Origin: Cystobasidiomycetes sp. EMM_F5
Lineage: Eukaryota
Direction: 5' to 3'
DNA length: 64,000 nucleotides
NCBI GenBank assembly: GCA_051047955.1
Contig: JBPGPT010000033.1
Location: 62,001 to 126,000, forward strand
Position numbers and translations under genes: made by a program. Below the pieces are notes generated by a model that was not told the DNA's origin, did not search any database, and saw nothing but the letters and a program-made list of their open reading frames with translations. Of the stretch, positions 23,992 through 37,777 are shown piece after piece. Position 1 is the first letter of the stretch; every line of letters begins with the position of its first letter.

Positions 23992-25336
23992 ATGTCATCA
24001 GCCATGCAAACACGTCAATCAGCTGGTGGGCGGCAGACCCCGACCCTCAAGGCGGACGAGACGGCCGTATATTCCGACGACTTGCACATTGACAGAATCC
24101 TGTGCATTCGAATGCTCAGGCTGCCACCTCAACAGATTGCGCTCAACGTGCCCTTCGATATCATGGTCTCCATCACCGATGATGTCGGTACACAAATACC
24201 AGATTATGGTCAAATATTGTGTAAGTCGTCTAAGCAGGAGGTACGCCATGAACACGCCGACACGCTGAGCATTCTACAGTATCTGTTGATTGCATAGAGT
24301 ACGCAAACCTATGCAGCCCGTCGAAGCACTTCGCAGCAGAGTGCACGTCAACAGGCTCCTCGGAGTTTGTCATTGACTCGCGACAGACATTGTACCACAA
24401 AGTCAACGTAAAGGTTCTCGCCGTAGCGAAGCAGCACATATACGATGCTGCCGTTACGCCTACTTTTTCCCTTTGTGTCTCCGTAACTCCACAGCAAGGT
24501 CGGCAATCCGTAACCCCTGCGGTCTGCCAAATGATCTCCGAGCATCGTCTTCTGCGTTGGGAAGCACAAGATTTGTCGGTACTGCTCCTTCGCTGTTGTA
24601 GCGGTGAAATAAGCGTGCGTGGTTCGAAGTCTGGGCCGAAGAGTGAGGTCGAACGATATTTTCGTAGAAGACATACATGGCTAAAGTCGTGATAGTCGAA
24701 ACCACGGAAATGGCTTTCTCCTTGCCAAGTGGTGCCCATAGTCAAATAGTGCGGATAGTGGAGAAGCCAGCGCAGCACATTATTGGCGACCACGTCTGGC
24801 ACTCGTCCATCGTTTTCGCCTACTGGCTTGCCTATATTCGACCTTTCATGCTCGTCAGTGACGGAAGTGGCATCATTGAGCTCGGAGCTGGGTGCGGACT
24901 CGCTTCGCTAGTTGCGGCAGCAACGTTCCCGACTTCGGTGACTATCATAGCCACTGATCTGGCCGAAGTCGTAAACACGACGCTGCGGGACAATCTGCTC
25001 TCCAACAGCGACCTTGGTGATCGCATCACTGCCACCACGCTAGAATGGGGAGACATCGACGCGTCAAATCACTTAGCTGCAGGAGATCTGATTTCTGATT
25101 GCCTCATTTTCGCAGTCGATGTGCTATATAATCAAGACTCGCACACCCTCCTCCTAGCAAGCCTGGAGGGTTTGTTCATCAGATTCGGGGCGGCGACACA
25201 GGCATATATAGGCTATAAGCACCGAATCGCTGGAGATGGCGATTTTTTCGATATGGCCAGACAGAGGCACTTCCGCGTCGCGGTTGTATACCGCTTGGCT
25301 GATGTCGAAATTTGGCGCATGACTAGCCCGAGATAG
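23992..25336 (+). CDS. Seven-beta-strand protein methyltransferase (Methyltransf_16/METTL21-like) with a fungal N-terminal domain
   Basis: IGDHVWHSS, IIELGAGCGL, IIATDL, LEWG, FAVDVLY. N-terminal CIRMLRLPP...VSITDDVG block. Two introns. Confidence 0.85.
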
Positions 25337-25339
25337 TTG

Positions 25340-27177
25340 CTATGGTGCGAAATTGACGTCGCACCATTCTCGCTCGAGTTGCTGGAACACATTTAGCTGC
25401 CATCGCGTACCTTGGCGAGTATCGCCATCGTCCCGGACAAATATGCTGCCATCGTTCTGCTCGAGAAGCTCCATCATCTGCTGAGCCAGCGCAATAGTGA
25501 TACCCTCGCTCTTGGCAATCTCGACATTCGACAGTGCCCCAAGTGCAATGTCATCGCCAGCGGCCGCAATCGCAGCCGACAGTCTGGCGGCGAAAGCAGT
25601 CTCGCTGTAATGCGGCGTATACAAGACCGTCAGGCCTGATGGGAAGCGCCTGTACCGGATTTGTGGACGAGTAACCGTAGGCAGAGACGCAGTGACGTCC
25701 GCCAGATCTTGCGGGGACAGCAAAGCTACTCCACGGGCTCGATTCCATATGCACCAGACTTCGTCAAGGGACAGCATTCCCGTCTTGTGAGGCCCGTCCT
25801 GCATCACTGGAACAGCAGAACGGCCCCGGCCTGTACCGAGCAGTACTGTCCCGAGCTCTTTTGCCAATTGCAATCGATATTCTGCTTCATCGGCCGCCAT
25901 TTCTGCGGTGACTGCAGGGGCGCTGAGTCCCAGAGACACAAGCGACTTGCGGACTAGCGCGTCAGCGTTGCTATCTGACACGTTTGCAGCTGACTCCTCA
26001 GCTAATTTCGCGTTCAGCGATTGCGCAAGGTTTACCTAGACTTATCGAGCTTAGTGATCCTAGAGAAAACACGCCAAACAAAACACCTACCATATCTTTC
26101 GCTCGAGTCATCAAAGCCTCAAGATCAGACAGGGCTTCCTGCATGTCATCTTCCTGATCGCGTGCATCCAAATCAATAGTCTTCAGTATGCCGTCGAGGC
26201 CGACGGTGAGTTGACGGTGATTAGCGGGAGAGCCAAATGCGGCACCCGCGGGCGCAGACTTTCTCTTGGCTGCCTTATAGTCTGTATCCCACTGCTTGCT
26301 CTGCAGAGCATGCTTCAATGCAGAGTAGAAGACCTTGTCTCCTCCCTTGCGGAAGCTGAGCCTCACAAACGCATTGTCGCTGACATTCGCGAGTCCTGGA
26401 GTAGAGGGTCGGGATGTTGGCGCAGAAGCCACAGCTAGAGGGCTAGGTGGATTGAAAGAGACAGTGCCCAGTGATGAGTCGCACAATTCGCAGCGAACCA
26501 TTGACGGGTGATTTAGGTAAGTGCAGGATGGGCAAGATATGCGGTTGCCAGCCTCAACGGCGTCAATAGTGGTACTCGTCCTCAGGTTGAAGGTAGATGC
26601 AGATCGCATAGTAGATGCGTTCAGACTTGGCGCAGCAGAGCTCGCTATCGCCAGTCGCGTTACGCCGCACAGCGTGCACTTATTGCCGCTTGTGTGTAGA
26701 TTGCGGTAACCGCAGACATGGCACGCCCAAGTCTCCCCGGACGTGGTTGACGAGCCATCGGCTGTGAGAACAGACTGCGCAGAGCCTGGCTGCCCGTTTG
26801 TGGGCGAGCGGTCGTCATCAGCCAAGAGAAGGGTAATCTTTGGCGAGCTCTTCAAGAAGCGAGCCCAGTATTCAGTCTGCTTGACGAGCTTCAGGTCAAG
26901 GTACCTAGAGTTGCGATAAGAGTCTTCCGCGTCAATGTAAATGATGCGGTGCGTCGTCAGATATATCCGGCCGTTATCATGGGCGATGGTCTTCTCCTTT
27001 CTGCGAACGCAGCAAAATGCCAGCATACTCAGCCGCTGCATCCAAGCCCAGTATGAATCGTCCTGCTTACCCGTCGTAGACGCCGACATCGTCACGCTCT
27101 TGAACAATGTCCTCCTGGTCATACAGCTGCGCTCGGATGGTTTGAGTGGTCGCCGACAGCCGCTGGAGTCGATGCAT
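25340..27177 (-). CDS. VPS36: ESCRT-II subunit Vps36
   Basis: Split GLUE domain (VGVYDG..NGRIYLTTHRIIY..FLKSSPKI / VRLSFRKGG) with two NZF fingers (WACHVCGYRN..CTLCG; CPSCTYLNHPSMVRCELC). Winged-helix C-terminus WCIWNRARGVALLSPQD. Confidence 0.95.
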
Positions 27178-27558
27178 CCAGCATTGACGTCGTACTGAGA
27201 GAGTTCAGACAGTCCCGCTGCCTATTACACCCGTCGCTCAATTTGCGCAATTGTTTGGAAATCAAGAACCACTACGTCCCGCACTACAACAAGCTAAATG
27301 ATGTCTGATCTCTGACTACGCTCGCATGCACTAAGTAGCGTCAACGAGACTGCTACTTGCTCTGATGACCCTGTCCGCTTTCGCATGGTGCGCGAATGCA
27401 GGGTGACGCGCCGGATTTGGCGCGAGTGTCAGTGGCCGCTCTCCGAATATACGAAAGGGGTTAAATCCTCACTCAGTCTGTTGATGGGTCTTGGTTTACT
27501 GGTTCTGCGCAGCTTCGTACCTCTGCTTCCCACGTCGACGCGCTCTCGCTATCCCAGA

Positions 27559-27885
27559 ATGAAGAGCTATAGCATCTGCATCATCCTTGCTGCCTCCCTC
27601 GCTGGCGTTTTGGGTTCTCGTACGCACTTCCCCCTCTCGATGTTGCGAGTGTTTTCCGCTAAGCTCGGTTTGTCTTCCAGCAAAGACTGTAGTCCTGACT
27701 GCCGGCACAAAAGTGCAGACAATCAATGTCCAGGGCTCGACGACAATCACTGCGGACGATGGTAAAACCACTTGGACATTTCCCATAGTCAGCCGCTCCG
27801 CATGAAGCTCTCTCAACGGCCTGCTGTGCCTCAGTCACCAGTCACTATCATGCGAATACGTATTGGAGAGCTTCAGCAATTTTGA
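27559..27885 (+). CDS. Small secreted protein of unknown function (about 72 aa)
   Basis: Signal peptide MKSYSICIILAASLAGVLGS. Introns 27620-27680 and 27788-27834 give an open frame ending ...RIRIGELQQF*. Confidence 0.6.
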
Positions 27886-28012
27886 CATTGTACAAGCAAG
27901 TCGAGACACGCAGATTACTCCTTGCTGCCGATAGGTCTCGCTTGACAGATCAGATTCTGAATACGCAATGTTTTGTCTTGGTTATTATAAAGCTTGTTGT
28001 CTTCTGACCACA

Positions 28013-28831
28013 ATGTCCCTTCGTCGAGCTTTTGCAAGCACGTCGCGCCATGTCTTCTACGCTCGGCCGCGTCTGTTGCCGCCATGTACATGCGCATGCC
28101 AATCTATACCAGCGTCATCGCCGACACAGTCTTTCAGCACTGGCATTGTGCGGCAAGCGCCCAACAACAGCACACCGCCAAAGAGGAAAGCCCCATCCGC
28201 CGGCCCTATGTGGATCAAGGTCGTGCTAAGCGCTGAAGAGGGAGGTGGACTTAGTCAGCTCGTAAAAAGATCAAACGTACTACAAAATATCGATCCCTCG
28301 CAGACAGCCCTAGTGCAAGGTGAAGGGTCGCCGTAATTTGGAGGCTCATCTGGGCTGACTTAGGCTCATACAGTCGCGCAACAGAGGATGACTGAAGCCG
28401 AACAGGCGTCAACGGGTGCTTATAATCCATACTTTGGCGTATGCAAAATCGAGAGCAAGAAAGAAATATTTGACAAACAGAAGGAGCAGAATGCACTGCG
28501 GAAAGAGAGGCAGAGAGAGCGACACTTTGATGAAAAGGAAATTCAACTATCCTGGGGCGTATCAATGAATGACCTCACGCACAAGCTCAAGAAAGCACAG
28601 CAAGTTCTCGACAAGGGCGGGCGGATATCTATCGTCATAGTCTCGCCTAGAGGTGCCAAAGCGCCCCCCTTACCGGATCGCAAGGTATTTGTGCAAATGT
28701 GCAGGGAGATGCTGGGCGAGAAGGAGCCAGACGCGATGCTATGGAAGCCGGAGGAGTGGAAGGGCCCCAGCACGACAGTGTATCTGAAGCCAGCGGAGGG
28801 CAAAGCATCGAAAGAGTTGAAGAATGCATAA
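28013..28831 (+). CDS. Mitochondrial translation initiation factor IF-3-like (Aim23-like)
   Basis: Arg/Ser-rich presequence MSLRRAFASTSRH. IF3-C motif KEIQLSWGVSMNDLTHKLKKAQQVLDKGGRISIVI. One intron. Confidence 0.85.
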
Positions 28832-28873
28832 TACGCAATAAAGAGGGCGTCGGCCACTCGGTGCCTCTCCCTT

Positions 28874-30096
28874 TCATTTCATGAATGGATTCTTCAATAG
28901 CTTCTCTACAGCCCGCATTGTCAAGCTAACTCTACGCGTTCGCGGCCACTCTGTGGTAGTATCACTATCATCTCCCATTTCCCATCTACTCCTCCTTGAA
29001 CTAACCTCTTCCCAATTTATGCACTTCTTGAGCTGTTCCATCGTATCTGCCTTTCGCTCTGAGATACCATGCAAGTGTGTCTCGTACATTTCTTGCCGTA
29101 AAATAAATAGTGACCTCCTTGGTAACAAAATGCTCATGAGCGGTTCTGACTTATAAGCTCTTGAGCCCTGCTTTTCGGGTATCTGTTTGTCGGTCATCTC
29201 CTTTTCACCATAATCGTCATCGGCGTATTCGTATATGTCGAGAATAGTATGAGAGCCTAGACTCAAAGTTGCTACAGTCGGAAAGTACGCTGGACCGTCT
29301 TGATGTGGCTGCCAATAATCACGTCAGTTTCGTGTACGGGAAGATCATCAAGCGCATCCACGTAAACATACAAAAATACCCTGACCGGGCAGATATCTTA
29401 CAAAGTCACTCAACGTCTTCGCTACGTCTGAAAGTCTCGATGACCATTGACTTACTCGTTGACAAGTATCTACAGGCGCAACGGAAATCAGAAGAAAATA
29501 AAAAGATTGCTGTCAATTGACATACATGATTTGGCTTCTTGGCTTTCGAGTGCGCGAACGCTTGAGTGTCTGCGACTCTGTCGATAATACGAGGGAATTG
29601 ATCTTTATTGTGGGGGTTGGGTCATTTCAGCACTGTATAACCATTGTGCAGTTTGTTGTCGTACCGGTCATGAACGACGGGAGAGGTAGAGGTACTAGAC
29701 GATCTTTGATGACAGACCCGCCTTGAAAGATACCGTCAACCAGCTTGCCCTTGTGCCGTCAGTATGTACGGTCAAACGAGACTCGACCTACCCCAATACA
29801 TCGACCTCCTGCCCTTCACGTCTCTCCATCCGGTAGGCTGCAGGATCACATCGTTACAATGTAATTTAGAACCTTACTGTAATTTCCCAGCTTCTCTCGC
29901 ATCGCACCTTTGATCTGAACTTGCGTGGCGACTCTTTGCTGCTCTGCCCATCAGGAGCATCAGTCTCCTCTGACAATGGCGTTCCTCCCAATTCTTCGAT
30001 TTTGGACAGCAGATAGGATTCCTCTTGCTCAGTAACGAAGACCGGGATCAGGTAGGCACCGGGCAGCGAGGTTGGCAGGAGTGTCTTGTCGTTCAT
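28874..30096 (-). CDS. AlkB-family 2OG-Fe(II) dioxygenase, ALKBH6-like
   Basis: [53 protein letters not shown] (HxD), YETHLHGI, RTRRVSLTMR. Several micro-exons. Confidence 0.9.
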
Positions 30097-30321
30097 TGTG
30101 ATTTAGAGGATATCTTGTCCAGGCTGCGCGTAGATACTCTCGCGCAAATCATTCAGTCATTGAGCAGCATGGAACTCGTGTGGCTCGCAATTTGCAAGAG
30201 ATAGAATCGCACGCATGATGCGGTCATGCAGCCCCGTCGTTGGCAATGAAGGGAAACAACAGAGAGTGTTACTGATACTGTCACTGTAATTACAAAGTAG
30301 TACTACAATCTATACTCTATA

Positions 30322-32540
30322 CTAACGCTGGGATTGACGCGGGGCATATTGCGGGTGAAGGCTTGCCATGCTCGGTTCTCTGGAAGTGAGGGGTTCTGTT
30401 TCCGAAAAGATGGTAGAGAGCTTTCTAACTAGTCTACCGTCCGACATCTGTACGTAGATATCCTTGGCTGGCGGACGAGGTGGATCAACAAACGCTGATT
30501 GTTGACATCTCCTACTTGCTTCTCCACTTTGCTGATATCGGACATGCTCGTCATAGTCCTCGAATGATGCATCGGCATCCCATGCATCGTCCGCGAGTTC
30601 GTTGATGCGGCTGCTGGACCTGCCTATGAGCAAGCCTAGCAAGCCACGGAAGCTCTGTCCGTGCACAAGAGCTGAGGGCGCAGAGCGAGATGCCGACAGC
30701 GAGCGGGGTCCAGGGGCGGTCGCTGAATGCAAGTCTCGTCCGGAACGGATATCCCCACCGGAGAATATGTAATCAGGATGAAGGGCATTGTTGGAAAATG
30801 CTGAAGTGTAAACATGACCCGCATTGTCAAAGTATACACTGCTCGTATCCGCCTTGACCTTGACTTCTCTGAGCTTCTTTTCGTCTGCAGGACAATCTGC
30901 TGCGGTGCCAGACGGTCCGTAGAGCCACCGCCTCACTATAGCAAGCGGGTTCCAGCTGTCCGCATAGGCGTCCACCTGCTGCGATTGCGCGTTGACTGGC
31001 ACTGTATGACCTGTAGGATGATGCTGGTCGACATCCTCCTGTAAAGACAGCGAATGGGCAATGCTCGACCGGCTGTAGGTACTTTGTGGACGCTGCTTGA
31101 CTCCTTCATAGTTGCCGGTACCAAATAGCCATCCTACAGCATTCCAAAACACGCCGCTCCATCCGCCAGTTGCTTGATTCTTATGTTTCCGGCCGCTCTC
31201 GTCAGCTTCATCAGGGCCATACATCTTCTCTGGCATTGGTAGCAGGTACTCTCCTTCAGACGTGTCGTACTGAGTACGATTAACGAGCTTCGGATCGTCG
31301 AGAGCCACTAAGTGGGCAGAATTCTTCGCTAGAAGAGAAGCGAGATATTCGTCTGGCTTGGTATTCGGGTCGATGACTGTGAGAACGGACAATGCTCGAC
31401 TGAACTTTAGCACTATGTTCAGCCAAAAGGACTATATGCGGTCTATCAGCCAGTGAGATCAATGAATCTGTGCAATGTTCACGCACTCCCACTAGGATGA
31501 CGATGATCAACCTGACCGCACCGGCGGCTGCCCAGGGCACCAAATCACCGAGACCAGTTTGACCGGGACAGATCTTTCCAGCTTGACCAATCTGCCACAG
31601 CAGGTCGATGCCCCACGTACATCTCGTTTGACTATTTCTGCTGGGTACGGCAGACTTTTGCCAGACAAATACCATTACGAGATTGAGTAAAGCGAGAAAG
31701 ATGTGTATGACCAGACATGCTGCTGCTGTTGTAGTCATCAATTTTGTGAACGCAGATGGGCGACGGACTTGGCGCATCCAGATCAGGAGTGAGCATTGAC
31801 CGAAGACCGCCAGACTGCGCGTAACGAGAGTCGCCACAAGGAAGGCTGTTCGAAGATTGTCAGGATTGACTTGGCGGGGTGCTGTGACCTTGATCAGCGA
31901 CAGAATATCGCAAATTAGCCTTTCAAACGGAGGTTATCTCAGCCCTTATTCTTGTACAAGATGTCAGAGGCCGAACTCACATGTAAATCGTCGCGCCGGT
32001 CACTGCAGTGGTCGCTATGCCTGCGAGTACTCCTAGTCGTCTCCTTCGCTTCGACCCCGTCGCTCCTCTCAACCGATGCAATTCGTGCAGGACGTGAAGA
32101 CGATCTCTACCGGCAATTCCGATATTCTGATTGATGGCCACTACCTCTCGGTCGCATGGCTCAAGAGCATCGTCTGTCAGTACGTACCGGTACGGACTGG
32201 TAGCAGCGTAGAATGGATCGCAAGCCAGTAGATTCGCAAATCCAGGATAGGATTCGGTCATTGAGGGTCGCGGATGAGGTATTAGCGAGGTTCTAGAGTC
32301 TGAGTGCTGATGAGACGGCGAGAATGCCGATGCAGGGTCTGTATTGTCGTCCGACTCGTCGCTGTTGGCGCCGAACAGGTATTCCCTTGTTAAGCGATAA
32401 ATCTCTGCAGGGTCGTTGTATGGGAAGTACGACGAAGGCAACTCGCCAGCGGTGTCTCGGTCGACATGTCGAATCAGCGATTGCTGTTGACGGCTTTCTG
32501 TTTGTTGCCGGGTGTTTCGCTCAAGCCACCTGGGATTCAT
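30322..32540 (-). CDS. Hypothetical multi-pass membrane protein with a long low-complexity C-terminal tail
   Basis: Three consecutive minus-strand ORFs with intron signals between them and a central cluster of hydrophobic helices. No recognisable motif. Confidence 0.6.
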
Positions 32541-32885
32541 CTCCCGGCCACTCCAATTGCTCGCCGTGCGCAACAAAGCGCAGAGTCAAGGTCAGTGGTC
32601 AGTTCACTCCTGCTGGTATGGTCAGCACCCTGTGAAATCGTCAGCACTGGAGGTCACGATTGCTCGTCGTTGTCAACATCTACGCCTCTTTACGCGATAC
32701 TCGTCATGGAGGCCTTCGCAGTCCTGACAGTGTGTTTACTTGCTGCACGGTAGAAGCAGCAGCAGCTCCCTGAAAGTATTGCATTGGCAGACTCCGCAGC
32801 AGACTCTTTGAACGGACGAAGGCCAAAGAGCAATTCTGCAACTTGATACGAATTGTCGGGTTGCATTTGGTCAGATTGAACCGCG

Positions 32886-34036
32886 ATGAAGGCTGTAAAG
32901 GTGGACCAGAGGCAGAAGATATCTGCGACCAGCAACAAGGCTGGCAGGGTAGTGCAGGCTCCGGCTGGCAGCAGCTCGAGCAAAAAGAAGCGAAAGTCGC
33001 AGTCCAAGGAGGCGGAAGAGGACAGCGACTCTGGGACAGACGTGGTGAGCCTGTGGTGAGGTCGTACTTGTGTCCGCTAACTAATGGGCTGTGAGCTGCA
33101 CAGGACTTTGTCGACGTAAACCTCGATTTTTATAGCTACAACGACCCAGACTACCACGCGGTCAAGCATCTACTGACTCAACTGCTCTCTCACGACGCGA
33201 AAGATCTGGATGTCGCTGGCCTGGCGAACCATGTCATCGACGAGGATGAAGAGGTCGGGAGTGCCGTCAAGGCGGACGGCGAATCTGGAGATCCACTGGC
33301 TTTCATCTCCGTGTTGCCGTGGCAGTCTGTGAGTCTCGTGGCTTGGGAGCATGACTGATACTATAGCTCACTTGCATCCTCTCTCGCAGGACCAATCATA
33401 CATGACCTCGTTGCGCGACTACTATCTGGAACGAATCGGCTCGAAGCGGCCCTTGTTACAGCAAGCGCTGTCGGACATTACCAACAAGATTGGTGTCGTG
33501 TTCCATGAGCGGCTAGTCAACATGCCCATCCAGGTCGTTTCACCGCTTTTACGGTCATTCGATGCCGATCTTACAGCTGCAGTATGTCACGTCTGTCTGG
33601 CAAGAGCCGAATGAGGGTGACTGACGCAAACGATGTTTCCCAGCCAGAACGCCTACAATACACTCATCTCCTCTTCGTTTCCCGAACCTTCCTCGCAAGC
33701 GCTGCAGATTTTCAGGATGATGCCATCATGGCGGATGGGGATGAAGATGCGCAGCCGCTAGCGAAGAAGAAAAGGTCAAAGAAGGACAAATCTCAGTCTG
33801 CGGGACATCCTCTGCCTACGGGGAATGCATTCCTGTATCACCTTGAAGACGAATTTATCGCAAAAGCGGCAGGTGATGGCATGTGGACAGAGTTTAGCTA
33901 CAAGAATGCACCAATACGAGGACAACAGGGTGAAGGAGAGGACTTGGGTGTTGAGACAAAGGGGAGGGTTGCGCTCATTGATCGCAACAGACTGAAGGAG
34001 GTGTACGAGGAAGCGGAGAAGGTATTTGCGGAGTAG
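32886..34036 (+). CDS. BCP1: Bcp1/BCCIP family 60S biogenesis chaperone
   Basis: FVDVNLDFYS..DYHAVKHLLTQL, VGSAVKADGESGDPLAFISVL, IGVVFHERLVNMPIQVVSPL, YHLEDEFI. Confidence 0.92.
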
Positions 34037-34212
34037 ACCAAAGGGCTGATTTAGGGTGTTGTACGAGAACCGGAATGTGTGCAATTATGCTTGGCCTCAA
34101 CAGGCTGCCGGTATTGCTAGCGCGCCTGAGAACAACGACGTTACCGACGTACCTGGTCGTCATTATCGTGGCTCAGGTCTGCCTCGACCTGCTGCAACCT
34201 GTGTTCCCGTCT

Positions 34213-36470
34213 ATGTCCAACATTCGACGGCGCCGGACTGTCATCGGCCCAGGCGCACCGAAAGACTCTGTCAAAGACAATGTCGGCAGTGTCCAGGGTG
34301 ATGATTCTGAAAAGAAGCGCAAGACGCGGCCTTTGAGACCTGTCGGGACGACTGCAGCTGGAACAAGACAATCACCTCTTAAACGATTTCTGGGCCTCTT
34401 CTTCAGCGTGGCTATCGGCTGGCTTGGCTATTCCATCATTCCCAAATTGTCCAAATCCTCTATCCTCCCCACAAATTATGCCCTCTGTACACACGATGAG
34501 AGCGTATATATATCAGCTCACGAACCACCAACTCAATGTGTCGTCGTTCATAAACATGTTGTAGTCGACACTGGCACGCTCGAACAAACGAGGATGAAAT
34601 ACGGAGATCGCGATATGCTTGGAACGGTCGCGCGCTTGACAGGCGGAGCTATGCAAGGCGTCCTTTCAGATACACAAGAAGAGGCAGGTCTGAAGATTTA
34701 TTTGCTCAAACGGGGGCAGGCGGTCCTTCCTGGCTTGAGCGATTCGCACGGTCATATTCTGGAGTATGGTCATTCACTCACGTCCGTCTCGCTCACAGGT
34801 GCAAGTTCTATACAAGAAGTCATACGAAGAGTAGTTCAGCATATCGAAGCGTTACCCAACGACAAGCGAAATGACTACGATCGCATAATCGAAGGTCTAG
34901 GTTTCGACCAAACGAAATGGCCGGGAAAGCAATTCCCGACTGCTGCAGATCTTGACGTCCCTCAGTTGGATAAGCGCAAGATATTTTTGATTAGAGGTGA
35001 GTGCCAAACCGATGTAAATCTGTGGAGCAGCATGCTGATATGTTTTTACAGTCGACTTGCATGCATGCTGGGTATCTTCAGCCTTTCTTTCGACGTTAGA
35101 CGTACCCTCGGAGATTCCAGGAGGTAGCATATTACGCAACGCAGACGGGAGCCCAACCGGCGTATTCCTCGATACGGCCTACGAATGGGTAAAATCGCAA
35201 CTACCACCCTGGACAGACGGAGAGAGACTGGACAAGTTGCATGCAGCTGCCAACGACCTTTTGACGCACGGGTTGACAGGCGTGCATGATGCGGCTACAT
35301 CCTTGGCTGATTTAGCATTCTATAAAAAACTGGACGAGCATCACGCCCTTCCCCTAAGAATTTATAGTATGGTCGCTTGTCCTAAGCTGGATGAGTACTG
35401 TGGAGACGAAGTCGAGAGGTATGATGGCAACCGGCTAGATGTCAGGTAAGTCACAAACGCGACAGCAAAACAGGTTTGGCTAAGTATGTCGTACCTGTGT
35501 GATGTAGGAGCGTCAAGCTATTCTTGGATGGTGCACTCGGAAGTTGGGGAGCAGCCATGCTCGAACCATATTCAGGTATGTTTATACCATTTCCTCCGAA
35601 AGTCTAGTCGGCTAAAGAGTTTGACTGACATCAGACAATCCAAACACGCGAGGCATCACACGGATGTCCAACAGTACGTTGCACTACCTCGCTGGTAGGT
35701 GGATGTCAAAGGGATTCCAGATCAACATTCACGCCATCGGGGACGCCGCCAACCGAATGGTTATCGACTTGTACGAAAGTATTTTTCATAACGCAGAGAA
35801 GTCGAACAGCGATTTACGGATGCGATTGGAGCATGCTCAGATCCTAGTGAGTCTGCAAGTATTACGGACAGTCTACCGCCATCAGATTTATTGATGGTCG
35901 CATGAGTATAGTCACCTGATGATATTGTTCGAGCTGGAAGTTGTGGACTCGTAGCGTCGGTCCAGCCTACGCATTGTACGAGCGACATGGGGTATGCGGA
36001 GACTCGTATTGGCAGCGAAAGGATCAAAGGAGCGTACGCATGGCGATCACTTCTGAGGTATGTCTCGTTTTCGCTTCGCACTTGCAGGCAGAAGACTTAA
36101 AGTCTGATCGGCCCACAGAGCCGGATGTCCAATTGCCCTAGGGTCTGACTTTCCCGTCGAGTCACTCAATCCATTCTACGGCTTCTACGCAGCTGTAATG
36201 CGTCTTAACTCTAGCCATGGCTCCCCGCATGGCCCAGAAGGCTGGTACCCCTCTGAATCGCTTACGCGATCACAAGCATTGGCTGGGTTTACGAGTGGAG
36301 CGGCATGGGCGCGATTCGCAGAAGATCGGTTGGGTCAGCTCAAGAAGGGTTATCTTGCAGATATTGTGATTGTCGATAGGGATATTATGCGAGTCAGCAT
36401 GGCGGAAGCGAGGGAGGCTAGAGTCGTAGCGACCATTATTGATGGGACCTTAGTCTACGGCAAGCTGTGA
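34213..36470 (+). CDS. Membrane-anchored amidohydrolase 3 (YtcJ-like) metal-dependent hydrolase
   Basis: N-terminal TM helix, VLPGLSDSHGH, GLTGVHDA, VKLFLDGALGSWGAAM, INIHAIGDAAN, RLEHAQI, LGSDFPVE, GQLKKGYLADIVIVDRDIM. Confidence 0.92.
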
Positions 36471-36622
36471 AGTAGGGTCATGGTGGGAGGTTAGGCTGTG
36501 ACATAGTCAGAACCCGAAGTGTAGGGAAGGCAGAGTGCATGAAAATGTAATCACATTCTATCCTACTTGAATGAATCTGGCATTATACGGATACATAGAC
36601 TGTTGTATGCACTGTTGATGCA

Positions 36623-37586
36623 CTATGCTGGGCTTAATGGCTGATTTGTGCGAGTGTCTATACTGACGATTCTACTCGTCTGCGAATCAACAACCTGGCC
36701 GATGTGTCCTTGGTATGCTCCGGTCTCATGACGATCATCGCCATACTCTGTGGCCGAGGGTGAGGTGCGCTGACTGCCTAGTGGCTGGTGTCCACCTTGC
36801 GTTGCGGCTTTGGCGTTCGGGTGTAGGCGGTGATTGCGTACATCAATGCCAAGGATGATGAGGAAGGATGCGATTGGAATTTCGATGAGTGCGTGTACTC
36901 CGCCATAGATTGCCTTCATTGCTTGGGGTGTCCACCTCGAAGCTACCTTTGTCCCGCAGTAGAGGGGACAGGATATGGCTACTGCTATACTCCAAGTGAT
37001 GAGGAAGAGAAAGACGCTGAGAAACAGTCCTCGAAGAATGGCTTTAAGTAGTCGGCTGGCGACTGTCGGAAATGTGCGCGTAGGTGAAGGAACGAGTAGG
37101 TCTTCGGACTGGACTAGCAAATCCCACAATCTTCTTTTCCGACCGTGCAATTGCGATATCCGGTCGACGAGGGGTAGGGGCGGATTCATAAAGCCTCTCC
37201 ACGGCACGCGCTTGCCGAGTCGCGAGTCTAGCTCGAGGGTTGCGTTGGGAAAGACGTAGTTGAGTACGCCCTGGATGAAGTTTGTGACTGCGAGGTCTCC
37301 AGCGAGGGTGTCTGGGTAAAAGACAGGACCATGTCGGTGAATACCTGCCTGTTTGTCAATGGACGGGCACTCACTCGGAAAGGGAAAGAAGTTGATGTCA
37401 GACTGCGAGTGATACATGGCGTAGGCTGCGAGCAGGACACGAGAGCTCAGCGGGATATGATATCTTGTCTCTTTCGTTGAACCCACCGACGGCAAAGTTG
37501 ATACCGCCCGAGACGATGACGGCGGGTACGGTCTGGACGGCGGCGAGTGCGACATCCTTGCCCAGCGATGAGGCTGGCCTGGACAT
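36623..37586 (-). CDS. Conserved fungal multi-pass membrane protein (DUF2456-like)
   Basis: VSGGINFAVAYAMY, TLAGDLAVTNFIQ, WTPQAMKAIYGG. One intron near the 5' end. Confidence 0.7.
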
Positions 37587-37777
37587 GAGTGCAGCGTATT
37601 TGCGGTTGGGTGGTGTCCAAGCTGTCGTTGTATTCTGTGATTTACTCAAACACGATTCATCTTTATACCTTCGGGCAATCAACAATGGACGACAGGAGTG
37701 AGTGGGACATTGATAATCTCATAATGATAAACGGACTGACATTTCATTGATTACTCACTGATAACGCTAATCACTGA

